Source of the DNA: Candidatus Bathyarchaeota archaeon
GTDB taxonomy: Archaea > Thermoproteota > Bathyarchaeia > Bathyarchaeales > Bathycorpusculaceae
Assembly (NCBI GenBank): GCA_963739305.1
Contig: CAVTZU010000008.1
Span: forward strand, 1 to 64,000
Reading direction: 5' to 3'
DNA: 64,000 nucleotides
The position numbers were made by a program, and so were the translations under genes. Below, piece after piece: positions 28,974 to 39,166 of the stretch. Each line of letters starts with the position of its first letter. Position 1 is the stretch's first letter. The notes beneath the pieces were generated by a model. That model ran no database searches, was not told the origin of the DNA, and saw nothing but the letters and a program-made list of their open reading frames with translations.

Positions 28974-30146
28974 CTAAGACTTCACGCCCATTGCTTCAGC
29001 AACCAAGACGGGCAAATCATAAACAGGAATCTCAATTCGTTCTCTCGATTTCACCCATGCCGCGGCCTTGCTCAGAGTGGCCACACACCCTGGGCAGCAG
29101 GTCACTATGGCCTCTGCGCCCGCGCGTCTGGCTTCATCTATTCTCTCGGCTGATATCTTCCTTGTTAAGTTCGGATTAACCGCGTTGACGACGACTCCTT
29201 CTCCGCAGCACCAGGCAGCCTTGCGGTTTCTTTCCATCTCGCACAACACAACTCCTGGGATCTTCTTGATCACGTCTCTTGGTTCTTCGTAGACTTTTTC
29301 CTCTCTGCCAAGATGGCACGGATCGTGATATGTCAGCTTCTTCTTCAGTGACTTGAGGAACTGGATTTTTCCTTCTTTAAGCGAGTCTGCAACAAATTGA
29401 CTTATGTGAGTGATTTTGAATGGAACCTTGCCAGCTGTTGAGTAATTGGTTTTAATCATGTTATAGCAGACGGCGCAGCCCAGTATCACTTCTTTCGCTC
29501 CGCTGGCTTTTATGACCCTCAGATTGTGAAGCGCAATCTGTTCAAACAGCTTCTTGTTGCCGCTCCAGAAGGCCGGTGCTCCGCAACACCATTCCTTCTC
29601 GCCCAAATAGGCAACTCTTTTGCCAGTCTTCTGTAGAATCTTCACGCAGGCCCGTGCCGTTTGCGGGTACGAGTACGAATCGCTGCAGCCTGCAAAAAAG
29701 AGTGTTTCTCCTCTCTTTGGAAGGTTTAAGCCTTCTGCCCATTCTGACCTAGGTCCCTCCTCTCCGAAGAGGTTGTGCATTTTCTTTAGTTCAGATTGAA
29801 TTTGACGTATCTTGCCCGGCTGAAGTTTTCGCCTGAATACTTCTAGTCGCAGGTTTCTAGTTATTCCGCAAACATCTATCTTTTCGGGGCATATTTCCTT
29901 GCAGGCTCCACAACTCAGACACGTGAAAATAACATCAGTCAAGGGTTTCGAGAATCGGATGACGCCTTCGGATAAGCCTAATGCAACCGTGGTTCGTCCT
30001 CGTCCTGAATAGTGCTCCATTCTTAAGTTCTTGTAAACTGGGCACACATGGTAGAAGCCTAGCTCGTCGGAGACGGTATCCCTGCAATATCCACACTTGG
30101 AGCATCTGTACAATTGCGCTTTGAGTTCTGGCTGTTTTTCGAACAA
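28974..30146 (-). CDS. Fe-S oxidoreductase, GlcF/HdrD-like (2x 4Fe-4S + CCG domains)
   Basis: CSKCGYC...CP, CLSCGACKEICP, WCCGAP, TYHDPCHLGR, WCCGEG, TCCPGC. Confidence 0.9.
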   Translation of the reverse strand: MFEKQPELKAQLYRCSKCGYCRDTVSDELGFYHVCPVYKNLRMEHYSGRGRTTVALGLSEGVIRFSKPLTDVIFTCLSCGACKEICPEKIDVCGITRNLRLEVFRRKLQPGKIRQIQSELKKMHNLFGEEGPRSEWAEGLNLPKRGETLFFAGCSDSYSYPQTARACVKILQKTGKRVAYLGEKEWCCGAPAFWSGNKKLFEQIALHNLRVIKASGAKEVILGCAVCYNMIKTNYSTAGKVPFKITHISQFVADSLKEGKIQFLKSLKKKLTYHDPCHLGREEKVYEEPRDVIKKIPGVVLCEMERNRKAAWCCGEGVVVNAVNPNLTRKISAERIDEARRAGAEAIVTCCPGCVATLSKAAAWVKSRERIEIPVYDLPVLVAEAMGVKS

Positions 30147-30158
30147 TTTCTTTTTCTC

Positions 30159-31595
30159 CTAGAGCATCAGGCTTCCCGGGTTCATTATGTGGTTAGGATC
30201 GAGAGTTTTCTTGAGAGTTTTCAGAAGAGTGTAAGTTGGTTCTGCGACCGTCCAAATGTAGTTTACCACGGGCAGTCTTCCCAGGTCGTAAAAAGCTGCT
30301 CCGTACTGAACGGCGTTTTTCTGTATCTCTTTGAGAACTTCAAATGCTTGTCTACGAATCTTCGAATCGCTTCTGTCGGCCGTAAAACCGTAACCGTAGT
30401 TACACATCGGATGCTTTACTCCTCCAGAGCCCGTGACTGACCAGAGTTTCTTCCCCGGATCACCCATCATCACTTCCTCGTTTTCCTTCAAGAACTTCTC
30501 CACCTGCAGATGAACCTCAGGAATCCTCAGGACAGGCATTATGACGACTATTCCCCATCCAAGCGATTGACCCGCCGCCGTCTCAAAACCCGAGTAATCA
30601 GACGCGAATTTGTCCGCAAATGAAGGATCCAACTCTTTCGCTTTCCATTTTCCAACCGTGGCTGACCACATCCCAGCGTGAACCGCGATCGTCTCTTCAT
30701 CGTAACCCGCTGTGTACAAGGCCAGCACGGAATCGGTCTTGTCCAGAGGTTCAGGATAACTCAGTTCAACCGTGTGTCTACCGCAGAGCATCCAAAAGTC
30801 GTGGTCGTATCCCACCCTGGATATTTCATGCATAGCTCGACACGAGTCGGCAAGCCTTTCAAACCCGAAGGTCGCATGTGCAGTAAATTGCTCCTTAGGA
30901 TAAACTCGGATCGCGGCTTCAGTCACTATTCCCAAAGAACCGCTGGCCCCAAGGAAAAGACCGGCCAAATCAGGACCGTTGCAGTATCTGTGGTAAAACA
31001 ACGATTTGGGGTTTGTCTGCGACCCAGTTTCGATGACTTCCCCCGTTGGAAGAACAACTTGAAGAGTGAGCAGATCCTCGGACAATTGGCCGTACTGATG
31101 TGAGTCCACGCAACATGAGTCATAAGAAAGTGCTCCTCCTATCGTAGACCCCCAAGTTCCGTGCGGTCCAAGCGGTCCGGGTCTGAGGCCAAGTTTTCCG
31201 AGTTCGTGTCTCAGCTTTCCCCATGTCACACCTGATTGAACTCGAACCGCCATTGAAGGCTCGTCTATTTCGACGATGCTCTCCATATCAGTCATGTCAA
31301 TGAGTATTCCTCTTTTTGAGGACAACGTGCCGAGAGACGCTCCGGCACCTCCTCCTTTCACCACGATCGGCACTCTAATTTCGTTGGCCAACTTGACGAT
31401 CTCGACAACCTCTTCGGTTGTCTGGGGTTTCACCACGACTTCTGGCAGTTTGAACATGTCTGAGAAGGGCGACAGAAACGATATCCCAATAGCGGTCGAT
31501 TCAACGCTCACTGCCAAGCGAGCGAAGTCTTGATCTGATACTCGATCGTCTCCAACTATTTTCGCCAATTTCTCGCAGAGAGAATTTTTGCCCAA
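30159..31595 (-). CDS. FAD-binding oxidoreductase, GlcD/D-lactate dehydrogenase family
   Basis: PEVVVKPQTTEEV, STIGG, GPDLAGLFLGASGSLGIVTE, LDPNHIMNPG. Confidence 0.9.
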   Translation of the reverse strand: MGKNSLCEKLAKIVGDDRVSDQDFARLAVSVESTAIGISFLSPFSDMFKLPEVVVKPQTTEEVVEIVKLANEIRVPIVVKGGGAGASLGTLSSKRGILIDMTDMESIVEIDEPSMAVRVQSGVTWGKLRHELGKLGLRPGPLGPHGTWGSTIGGALSYDSCCVDSHQYGQLSEDLLTLQVVLPTGEVIETGSQTNPKSLFYHRYCNGPDLAGLFLGASGSLGIVTEAAIRVYPKEQFTAHATFGFERLADSCRAMHEISRVGYDHDFWMLCGRHTVELSYPEPLDKTDSVLALYTAGYDEETIAVHAGMWSATVGKWKAKELDPSFADKFASDYSGFETAAGQSLGWGIVVIMPVLRIPEVHLQVEKFLKENEEVMMGDPGKKLWSVTGSGGVKHPMCNYGYGFTADRSDSKIRRQAFEVLKEIQKNAVQYGAAFYDLGRLPVVNYIWTVAEPTYTLLKTLKKTLDPNHIMNPGSLML

Positions 31596-31815
31596 CTTAT
31601 CATTTCACCTTTTGGTTTGACTAACCTTCATACAAGAACGAACTCGACGGATGCGTTCATGTGCAATCATTCAAGGAAGCAGGTTTGCCTCATATACTTT
31701 TTTCGAATAATCGTCTAAATTCATGAATCATCATTGATCACGGACTTAGGGCGCAGGAGAAGTGTTGAAAAAACAAGAAATCAAGTCTGTCCATGTTGTG
31801 CTAGTCGATCTGTCG

Positions 31816-33261
31816 CTACTCTTCTATTTTGTATTTCTTTCGTATTTCCGCGATTTTTGCTTCCAATTCCTTCGGCAGCGGTTCTGGTTTGTGAGTTTTG
31901 AGTATCTCCTCTGCTCGCTCATGAGCTCTCTGCAGAAAAGTCTTTGCTCCCAGCTCCATCCATTTTTCTCGACTGTGTTTTTCGAACACGAAGTCTTTTC
32001 GAGGTCTCTGCTCCTTCTCGTACCACGTGAGAGTGTGTCTCTGATCCAAGAAGTGTCCGATGCGTCTTCCCTTCTCAATCTTGGAACAAACGTTCCTAAT
32101 AATTTCTGCAGCCAAGGTTTCAGGAGTGACGTCTATGCCATCCAAGAGTCTGCGAGCGGCGATGACCATGTCATCGATGAGGAGCAATAACTCATTGTTG
32201 AAGGCGCGGGTGTTGTCCAAACCATGAATCACTATGGTTCTGTTTCCTCCAAGCATCTGAGGGAGCAGGGTGAAACCCAATTCATACGCTTCCTGCATAT
32301 CAAGCATGTGTGAATCAGGGGACACGGGGGATATTATCGGGACATCAATGTACCTCTCCAATTGTCCCATGGCGCAAGCTTGAACGAAGTCGCCGTGAGA
32401 CGCAAGACTGACCATACCTGTTCTTTGATCGAAAGATTCGTGAACATTGATCCACAAGACAGGCATACCCTTATTTAGTAATTGCAGGATTACGTCTCCA
32501 CTCAAGTACTCTGCCATCTTCTGAGCTAAGTCTCCAGCGATGGTAACAGGACCCGTGTCGCCCACGGGTGCCTCGGTTGCCAGAGCTGGCTGTATGCCCC
32601 ATCTTGCAACGGCTTTGAGTGCATCACACGCCTGCTGAGTCCAGGCAAGGGGGGATACTGCGCATAGACAAACGGTCATGAGAGCTCTTTTTTTGAGCTC
32701 CTCTTTTCCTCCTGCTATGGCCATGGCGAGTTCATAAGTCGGTTCGATGGACTGCGGCTCAAGCGTGCTGACGCAGACGGGTTTCGTGGTGTTTCGAATT
32801 CCCATTTCAAAACCGTGGAACATGTACATTTCCTTGAATTGTGAAAGCATCGTAATGATCCATACGCCGTCAATCGTGTCAAGGTAGTCGCAGATCTTGA
32901 CAAAGTCCTCAACGCGCTCTTTCGTTGTAGGCACGTATTTTTCAGTCACAGCATCATAGTAGTTCACGTTTAGCACGTGCGGAACGATATACGGATACTT
33001 CTGTCTTCCAATAGTCATGTCCTTCTTCGGGTCTCTGCCGCATATCGTGACTTCCTTAGGGGTGTGACTCAGACAGTCTTTTACGAGCCATTCTGGAAAG
33101 TGAACGAGGTTGTGTCCTCCGACGTCGCATCCGTTGTTAGCTAGCAGTTTCACAATTCCTTCGTCCTGAACTTGTACGCCAACATTCTTGAGCAAGTATA
33201 GTGCAGTTGTGTAAATCGCATCCAATTCATCCTCATTCAGTATTTTCAGATTCGGTTTCAT
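31816..33261 (-). CDS. MttB-superfamily (COG5598) methyltransferase without pyrrolysine
   Basis: LKILNEDELDAI..AL.LL..VGV N-terminus, VSPL, TGPVTIAG, GIDVTPETLA, GHFL..RHT, RAHERAEEILKTHKPEPLP; no in-frame TAG. Confidence 0.88.
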   Translation of the reverse strand: MKPNLKILNEDELDAIYTTALYLLKNVGVQVQDEGIVKLLANNGCDVGGHNLVHFPEWLVKDCLSHTPKEVTICGRDPKKDMTIGRQKYPYIVPHVLNVNYYDAVTEKYVPTTKERVEDFVKICDYLDTIDGVWIITMLSQFKEMYMFHGFEMGIRNTTKPVCVSTLEPQSIEPTYELAMAIAGGKEELKKRALMTVCLCAVSPLAWTQQACDALKAVARWGIQPALATEAPVGDTGPVTIAGDLAQKMAEYLSGDVILQLLNKGMPVLWINVHESFDQRTGMVSLASHGDFVQACAMGQLERYIDVPIISPVSPDSHMLDMQEAYELGFTLLPQMLGGNRTIVIHGLDNTRAFNNELLLLIDDMVIAARRLLDGIDVTPETLAAEIIRNVCSKIEKGRRIGHFLDQRHTLTWYEKEQRPRKDFVFEKHSREKWMELGAKTFLQRAHERAEEILKTHKPEPLPKELEAKIAEIRKKYKIEE

Positions 33262-33292
33262 GTTACAACCTAACCTCCAACATTATGTGAGT

Positions 33293-33946
33293 TCAGTTGC
33301 GCTTTTGAAGCGCCTTTTTGATTACTTCCACGCCTTCAACAGCATCTGAGGCGTAGTAGTCGGCTTTAACCTCTCTGGCCCAGTCTTGGTCAGTTGCCCC
33401 TCCTCCGACCATGGTCTTCACTTTTTCACGAATTCCTGCTTCCCTGAGTTTTTCCTCAATTATCTTTTGCTGAGGTCTCGTCGTCGTCAGGAGCGCCGAG
33501 GAAGCGACCAAATCCGCTTTCACTGAAGCTGCCTTCTTCGCGAATTCTTCGGCGGGCACGTCGATTCCGAGGTCGAAGACTTCGTATCCAGAAGTTTCAA
33601 GCAGCACCTTGAGTATGTCTTTGCCTATGTTGTGCACGTCGCCCCGAACGGTGCCCAAAACGATTCTTCCCTTCGACTCTCCAGTTCCTCGTTTTTCCTC
33701 TAGCAATCGCTGTTTTGCGATCTCTATCCCTGCCATGCATGCGTTTGAGGCAAGCAGGAGTTCTGTTAGGAATATTTCGCATCTACCGAACTTGTCGCCA
33801 ATTTCTCTGATGGCGGGAGTCAGCCCTTCATTCAAGATTTTGAGAGGGTCGATGCCTCCATCGATGGCGTCTTTGACGAGTCTCTTGAGTTGATCTTCAT
33901 CATAGCTCGCTATGGCTTCTTTCATGGCTTCAAAAGGATGGGTCAT
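33293..33946 (-). CDS. Corrinoid (B12-binding) methyl-acceptor protein, MttC/MtbC type
   Basis: GTVRGDVHNIGK (DxHxxG), DLGIDVP, SSALLTTT, MVGGG. Confidence 0.93.
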   Translation of the reverse strand: MTHPFEAMKEAIASYDEDQLKRLVKDAIDGGIDPLKILNEGLTPAIREIGDKFGRCEIFLTELLLASNACMAGIEIAKQRLLEEKRGTGESKGRIVLGTVRGDVHNIGKDILKVLLETSGYEVFDLGIDVPAEEFAKKAASVKADLVASSALLTTTRPQQKIIEEKLREAGIREKVKTMVGGGATDQDWAREVKADYYASDAVEGVEVIKKALQKRN

Positions 33947-34006
33947 TTCTGTTCATTCACCTGACTGTGTTGGATTGATTTTAGGCTATCGCTTGAAGTA
34001 TTCTTT

Positions 34007-34363
34007 CTAGGTCTGCATCTTTCCATTCTTGGTTTCTACTATGCTGACTCCTTGAACCTCATTTTTCTTTCCAGTCACAGGGTTCTTAAAGTCGACGAGC
34101 CATTCAACGACGACGCTGTCTTTTTTTTCGCAAACAAAGAGTTTCTTGGATTTGTAGCCTTCTATTTTCTTGAATTCATCTTGCATGAAGGCCCTCAACG
34201 AATGTCTGCCTGAAACAGGCTTGTAAGGCTGTGCGTACACGACGTACGTGGCATCGTCATTGAATAGGTCCATCATCTTGTCGATGTCCTTTTTCACGAT
34301 ATATTGGGTGAAGGAATCAAACAGTTCGCCTGAATCGGGCGTCATCTGAAGGTCTCCTTTCAA
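34007..34363 (-). CDS. NTF2/SnoaL-like protein, possibly truncated by an amber codon
   Basis: DLFNDDATY, VVVEW, GVSIVETKNGKM; after the TAG the frame continues KEYFKR* to 33986. Confidence 0.75.
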   Translation of the reverse strand: MKGDLQMTPDSGELFDSFTQYIVKKDIDKMMDLFNDDATYVVYAQPYKPVSGRHSLRAFMQDEFKKIEGYKSKKLFVCEKKDSVVVEWLVDFKNPVTGKKNEVQGVSIVETKNGKMQT

Positions 34364-34793
34364 CTTGTGGTCGTAAATGCTTTCTCATCGTATTTAGTTT
34401 TCTGCTTTTTTCTAAGTCCTTGTCAGGAGCATAAAGAAATCATGCACAGAATTCTTTGAGAATTTTAGCTTCAAGATGTTACGAACAAAATTCGTTTATT
34501 CAGAGTTCCAAACGCGCGCGAAAGAAACAAAAGAGAAGATAAGCAGCAGTTTCGTCGCACCGTGATTCCTTTGCTAGGACTCATTAGTTCTTGAATGCAA
34601 AATCAAATAATAGTAGGCGGTGCGATGGCTTTCAAACATTGATACACCTACGCTTGAGCAAATTGTTCTCCCAGTATTGACAATCGTTGCCCTGGTTGCA
34701 GCGGTCGCTTTGATTGAGTCACCGAAGACGACAAAGCTCTCGCACGCGTTGGATAGCCGACACATCAAAGTAGACAAAAAACGGGAAGCCACG

Positions 34794-34967
34794 CTAAAGC
34801 ATGCGCGTGGGCTTCTTCTTCAGAGTCTTTTTCCATTCTTCGAACAGACTCCAATATATACTGTCGACAGTCTCGTCTTGCAAGTTCCCCTCAGCAATGA
34901 ACTTCTCGACGAAGTCATTCAGCTCCAAAGAGTTCCTGCACTTCCTGACATCACTAATATTCAGCAC
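34794..34967 (-). CDS. 57-aa hypothetical protein
   Basis: Translated by hand from GTG after GGAG: MLNISDVRKCRNSLELNDFVEKFIAEGNLQDETVDSIYWSLFEEWKKTLKKKPTRML; follows the wHTH gene. Confidence 0.5.
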   Translation of the reverse strand: MLNISDVRKCRNSLELNDFVEKFIAEGNLQDETVDSIYWSLFEEWKKTLKKKPTRML

Positions 34968-35001
34968 AAGACCGACTCCTTGATTCTTTCCTCGGTTCTG
35001 G

Positions 35002-35382
35002 CTAAACTAGGAAGGGTGAAGAAATTCCAGAATCAAGTAGCAGAGCCATCCTCTTGAATAAGTCTAGAAACTCCTGGCCAGTTTCTGTTCTCTGATACGT
35101 CACTTTTCCTGCACAGGCACCCATCCGAACAAGATTACTTGAAGTCATAAGATTCAGGTACTCCCCTGATTGTGCGGTGCTCATATTACAGTGGGACATG
35201 ATGTTGGACTTTCCTACTGGTATTCGCAGCTGCCTCAGAATCTCCGCAATGATCTGTAATCTGCTGCGGTTTCCGTCAGATACCTTTCTCAGATTTAACA
35301 CGTATAACACGATCCATAAAAAAGCAGGCCAGTTCTTATGCAAATGATGTTGCGATAAGTCGGTAGCACGCCTTTCCTGCAA
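35002..35382 (-). CDS. Winged-helix (HTH_45-like) transcriptional regulator
   Basis: NRSRLQIIAEIL...KSNIMSHCNMS....YLNLM...Y..TETGQEFL; true start likely near 35300. Confidence 0.8.
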   Translation of the reverse strand: MQERRATDLSQHHLHKNWPAFLWIVLYVLNLRKVSDGNRSRLQIIAEILRQLRIPVGKSNIMSHCNMSTAQSGEYLNLMTSSNLVRMGACAGKVTYQRTETGQEFLDLFKRMALLLDSGISSPFLV

Positions 35383-36055
35383 TATAGATTATCAGCCCGG
35401 CTTATAAGGGTGAGAGGCCAAAAGTCGCTTTTTTACGTTTTCTTCTTTTTCTTCGCGCCACTGAGGCACGCGCCATTCAGTTGCTGGGTCAACTTCATGA
35501 AAGGAAGGGCAAAATGGCTATGTTCGCTTATCATTGGGAAGGCTGAGACCGCAAAAGCGGGGATGTCTTGTTCTATGTAGATATGCGTTAGAAATATCGT
35601 GGAAACACGCTGGACTTGGCGTTCAGACGAGCGCGCGCTAAGCGAAGAGAAAGGGACTTGTAGAAAATAAAAATGTTTTCGTAAGCTACGGACGCCTTCA
35701 CCTATGGAGACGCACTGGCTAGAAGAGTCCGTGCTTCTTCTAGTCTCCTCACTTTCTCAACGTTACTCTTTCCATGTTTCCATTTTCCTCGACTTTTCAT
35801 TCTTTTCAAAAATCGTTCTTTTTTCGCCTGCTTCTTCTTCGATCGTTTCAAACAAATCTTCCTTCCAAGAATCAAATAGTAACAACAAACAAGGCTTATA
35901 ACCTTCACCTAATGCGAACTGAATTCTGTGGAGTGCAAGCGTGGTAAAAAGAAAGAGGGATTGGCGGGGGAACTGCGAAATACAATTGCGTAAATCTCGA
36001 CTCGAAATCTGGATTCTGACTTCAGAATTGCCTTATCCAAGGAGCGTGAAAAAAT

Positions 36056-37217
36056 ATGGATATGGCAAAAATGGAAGACTGGCTTTCGGCTCTTCCAAGC
36101 AAATACACGAGAAAGACTTACAAAAGCGGAATCAAGAAGTTTGAGGAGTTTTACGGCAAACCTATCGAGAGTCTTGTTGATCTCAGTGACGAAGAACTGG
36201 GACACAGCATTGACAAATTCTATTCGTGGCTGAAGCAAGAGAAAGGGCATCCTCAAAACACTTGCCGAAACTATGTTAACTGTCCGATTCAATGTATGAA
36301 ATACTTCAGCAAAAATCCGAAATATAAGAAGAGTCTAGGCATTTACCGAAGCACCATAACCACTAGAGACCACCCGGTAGAAATCTCGGAGATTCAAAAG
36401 ATGGCGAGTGTTGCCGATTTGAGAGAGCAGATTCTCTCGGAGGCCTATCTTTTGGGTTTGAGGGTTCGTGATGTAGCTTGCTAGCTAGCAAGCAGCGAAC
36501 CCCCAATCCCAGTTATGATAAATTGCGTAAAAGAGGAAACCGTGGCCCATGCCTTCATAAACGAAGAATTCAAAGCTCTCCTAGACAAGTATCTGCCAAC
36601 GATTGACAAGGAAAACCCGTATCTGTTTCAGAGCAAGAACTGGCAAGGAATCAAGAGAAAAGGCATTCAAAAGCTGAGTTCAAGGCAAATCTCAAACATC
36701 TTGAATGATTTGATTAATAGGGCTGGCATACAGAAGAATGCCGTGTTCGCCTGGCACACGGGAAGAAAGCTCTTTATGACAACCGCAACGGAACTAGGCG
36801 CTCCCACCTTAGGCTTCAAAACTGATGGTTGGCAAGTCAATTAAAGCCAGCGACGAAACTTACAACATCCGAACAAGGTTGAAGCCAGACTTCATCAAAA
36901 TAAGCAACGTATTGAAGTTGTTCCTGAAAGCTACTAAGGACACTGGAAAAGTCAAGAACTTGGAGAACACGATATTTGAGTTGTAGAGGCATATCACAGT
37001 GCTAACGACGACCTTAGAAGTGTTGCAAAAGGGATTCGGGGTGACTGAAGAGGCTGTGAGCGAGTTGCTCAAACCCCTACTACAGAAGAAACTTCTGGAG
37101 AGAACAGTAAACGCTGGAACGACTGGCCTAGGCTTTCTGCAAGTGGAAAACGTGAACAAAATGTCACCCAAGAAGATAGTCTCCAGATACCTTGAGATTA
37201 CAAAAGGCAAACGATGA
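36056..37217 (+). pseudogene. Decayed tyrosine recombinase/integrase
   Basis: Fragments 36056-36484 (TRKTYKSG..F, GLRVRD catalytic Arg), 36515-36844 (YLFQS, WHTGRK = HxxR) and a C-terminal extension to 37217; stops and frameshifts. Confidence 0.8.
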
Positions 37218-37358
37218 AAAGTTGCCACAACTACGGGAAACGTGACAGCTAATCCCTTTTCTTTCTAGGTCTAAGTCTTGGCGCGCGCGCTAAATCAAAA
37301 AGGTGACAAAACGTCTATATATATTAGGTATCTGAGCTTGAACTAGCGGAGATCGAAT

Positions 37359-37547
37359 ATGAAACCTGAACATTATAAACCGATAAGGAAAACAAAGCCC
37401 AAACGAAAAGGCAAGATTAGTGCGCGCAAAAGTCGAATGCTTGCAGTGGCTCAAAAATGGAAACCCATTACTTCTCCACGATTGCGTGAAGCTTACTCTA
37501 CTAAAATAGAATGGGTAAGGAAGCTAATTCCCAAATTGAAAAACTAA
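37359..37547 (+). CDS. Small basic hypothetical protein
   Basis: 62 aa, K/R rich; TATATATA box and GGAG upstream. Confidence 0.45.
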   Translation: MKPEHYKPIRKTKPKRKGKISARKSRMLAVAQKWKPITSPRLREAYSTKIEWVRKLIPKLKN

Positions 37548-37687
37548 GCAGAAGCGCCGGAAGAAAAAGAAGAGCCCAGATAAGCCGCACGCGCTTTTTA
37601 CGTTTCGCTTAATTATCCTAATGTTGTTCTTTTCCTGACAACTATCGGAAGTACCAAATCGTGAATTACTATTCTGCTCATTTGAAA

Positions 37688-37915
37688 TCACTCCATCTTG
37701 ACTTTAAGAATCCATTTTCCTTTAGGATTGCCGTCTAAATCGACTCCTCTGCCCTTCAACACTTTGAATTCGCCCTGTTTTAAATCCAAATTTTGCATAG
37801 CGAATTCTGTTGCTTGTTTAATCGTACAGAATCCAGCTGGTTTCTTTGCCTCAGTCTCTGTAAATCCCCATTCTGGTGGAACTAAACTGCCTATTGGCAA
37901 GACTTTCAATCTCAT
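37688..37915 (-). CDS. Hypothetical protein
   Basis: 75 aa; strong GAGGAGGT SD upstream. Confidence 0.55.
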   Translation of the reverse strand: MRLKVLPIGSLVPPEWGFTETEAKKPAGFCTIKQATEFAMQNLDLKQGEFKVLKGRGVDLDGNPKGKWILKVKME

Positions 37916-38172
37916 TCCTCTTTTACCTCCTCAAGGGAAATAGCAGAACAGTCTATGAATTGACAGTCTCGTCACTTCATATCTTCGCTCCAGCTAGTAT
38001 AGAATGGAAATCGCTGTTAAAGCTTGCTTATCCCTCTAAGAAATCTCCTTCAAGCCAATTTTATGTATCAGAGAAAAATAGGGAATGTGCGGGAAGCGTC
38101 TATACACTGGCAACATAAGAACCCTTATAAAGGGTATTTAAGCATCCGCTACGCTATAAGAAGTGGTTTCTA

Positions 38173-38733
38173 ATGCCGAAGACTAAAGCCATAGTAAACA
38201 TTCAAAACGTTGTTGCCACTGCCACCTTAAACCAGAAAGTTGACTTAAACGCCGTCGTGAAGAGTTATCCTGGAGTTGAATACCACCCAGAGGAATTTCC
38301 AGGACTTGTGTTTAGGCTTAAGAGACCGAAGACCGCCACGTTGATTTTCAACTCTGGAAAAATGGTTTGTACAGGCGCCAAATCAGAGCAGGAAGCGCGC
38401 AGGGCTGTTATGACAGTTGTTAAAGAGCTGAAGAAGGGCGGAATAATCATCATCAGTAGGCCGGATTTGAAGGTTGTGAACATGGTTGCTTCTGCAAGCT
38501 TGGGCGGAAGGGTAGACTTGGAACTGGCAGTGAGCGCGCTTGGAAAAAGCATGTATGAGCCGGAGCAGTTTCCAGGATTGATCTACAGGATGGACGAGCC
38601 TAAGGTGGTTATACTGATATTCGCAAGCGGAAACCTTGTCTGCACCGGAGCGAAGAAAGAACAGGACGTTTATGACTCAGTGCACAAGCTTCACGCAAGG
38701 TTGGAGGAACTAAACCTCATATTCTACGAATAA
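38173..38733 (+). CDS. tbp: TATA-box-binding protein
   Basis: Two repeats IQNVVAT..YHPEEFPGL..LIFNSGKMVCTGAKS / VNMVAS..YEPEQFPGL..LIFASGNLVCTGAK. Confidence 0.96.
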   Translation: MPKTKAIVNIQNVVATATLNQKVDLNAVVKSYPGVEYHPEEFPGLVFRLKRPKTATLIFNSGKMVCTGAKSEQEARRAVMTVVKELKKGGIIIISRPDLKVVNMVASASLGGRVDLELAVSALGKSMYEPEQFPGLIYRMDEPKVVILIFASGNLVCTGAKKEQDVYDSVHKLHARLEELNLIFYE

Positions 38734-38839
38734 AAACTTCATAGTTAATCGCCTATCGCCTTCGCGCGTGCGGGGGGCTTTGACCTAAACTGTTAAATTC
38801 TGTTGGTTGTTATCCGAAGAATAAGATCTGGAGGTCGTT

Positions 38840-39166
38840 ATGCCGATTAAGCGCATGCGCTCTGAGTTAGATTGTGTGGCCGAGGTTTTGAAGAGACATA
38901 TGGACTGTATTGACCGATCCAAGGATTTTATTGAAGCTGATAAGACTGAAAGGTTACCGGATAAGGTTTGGATACTTGTTGAATTGCGATATGACGCAGC
39001 CAGAGTATTAACAATCGATAGAATATTTGAAAGCAAAGAGACAGAGCCAAATACTATGCCTTCCGGTAATAGATTCAAGAATATGACAGAGAATTACAGT
39101 AATCACTCGTATGTGAAGGGACTGCTGAAGTTGATCAATGAAGATATTCAGAAAACTTGCAAGTAA
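38840..39166 (+). CDS. Hypothetical protein
   Basis: 108 aa, GGAGGT SD upstream. Confidence 0.55.
   Translation: MPIKRMRSELDCVAEVLKRHMDCIDRSKDFIEADKTERLPDKVWILVELRYDAARVLTIDRIFESKETEPNTMPSGNRFKNMTENYSNHSYVKGLLKLINEDIQKTCK

Noticed and set aside
31816-33261. Pyrrolysine-containing trimethylamine methyltransferase / genome-wide TAG recoding
   Set aside because: The ORF is uninterrupted, and many conserved genes here (cobO, malic enzyme, tfb, alba) end at TAG at their expected C-termini.
34620-35057. 145-aa plus-strand ORF as a real gene
   Set aside because: It overlaps, antisense, the wHTH gene end and a better-supported 57-aa minus-strand ORF; at most its 5' part may be real.
38121-38135. 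ACCCTTATAAAGGGT palindrome / CCCTTA promoters as an island-specific TFB signal
   Set aside because: Similar ACCCTTA TATA contexts precede core genes (57173, 59860), so it looks like the ordinary promoter form.
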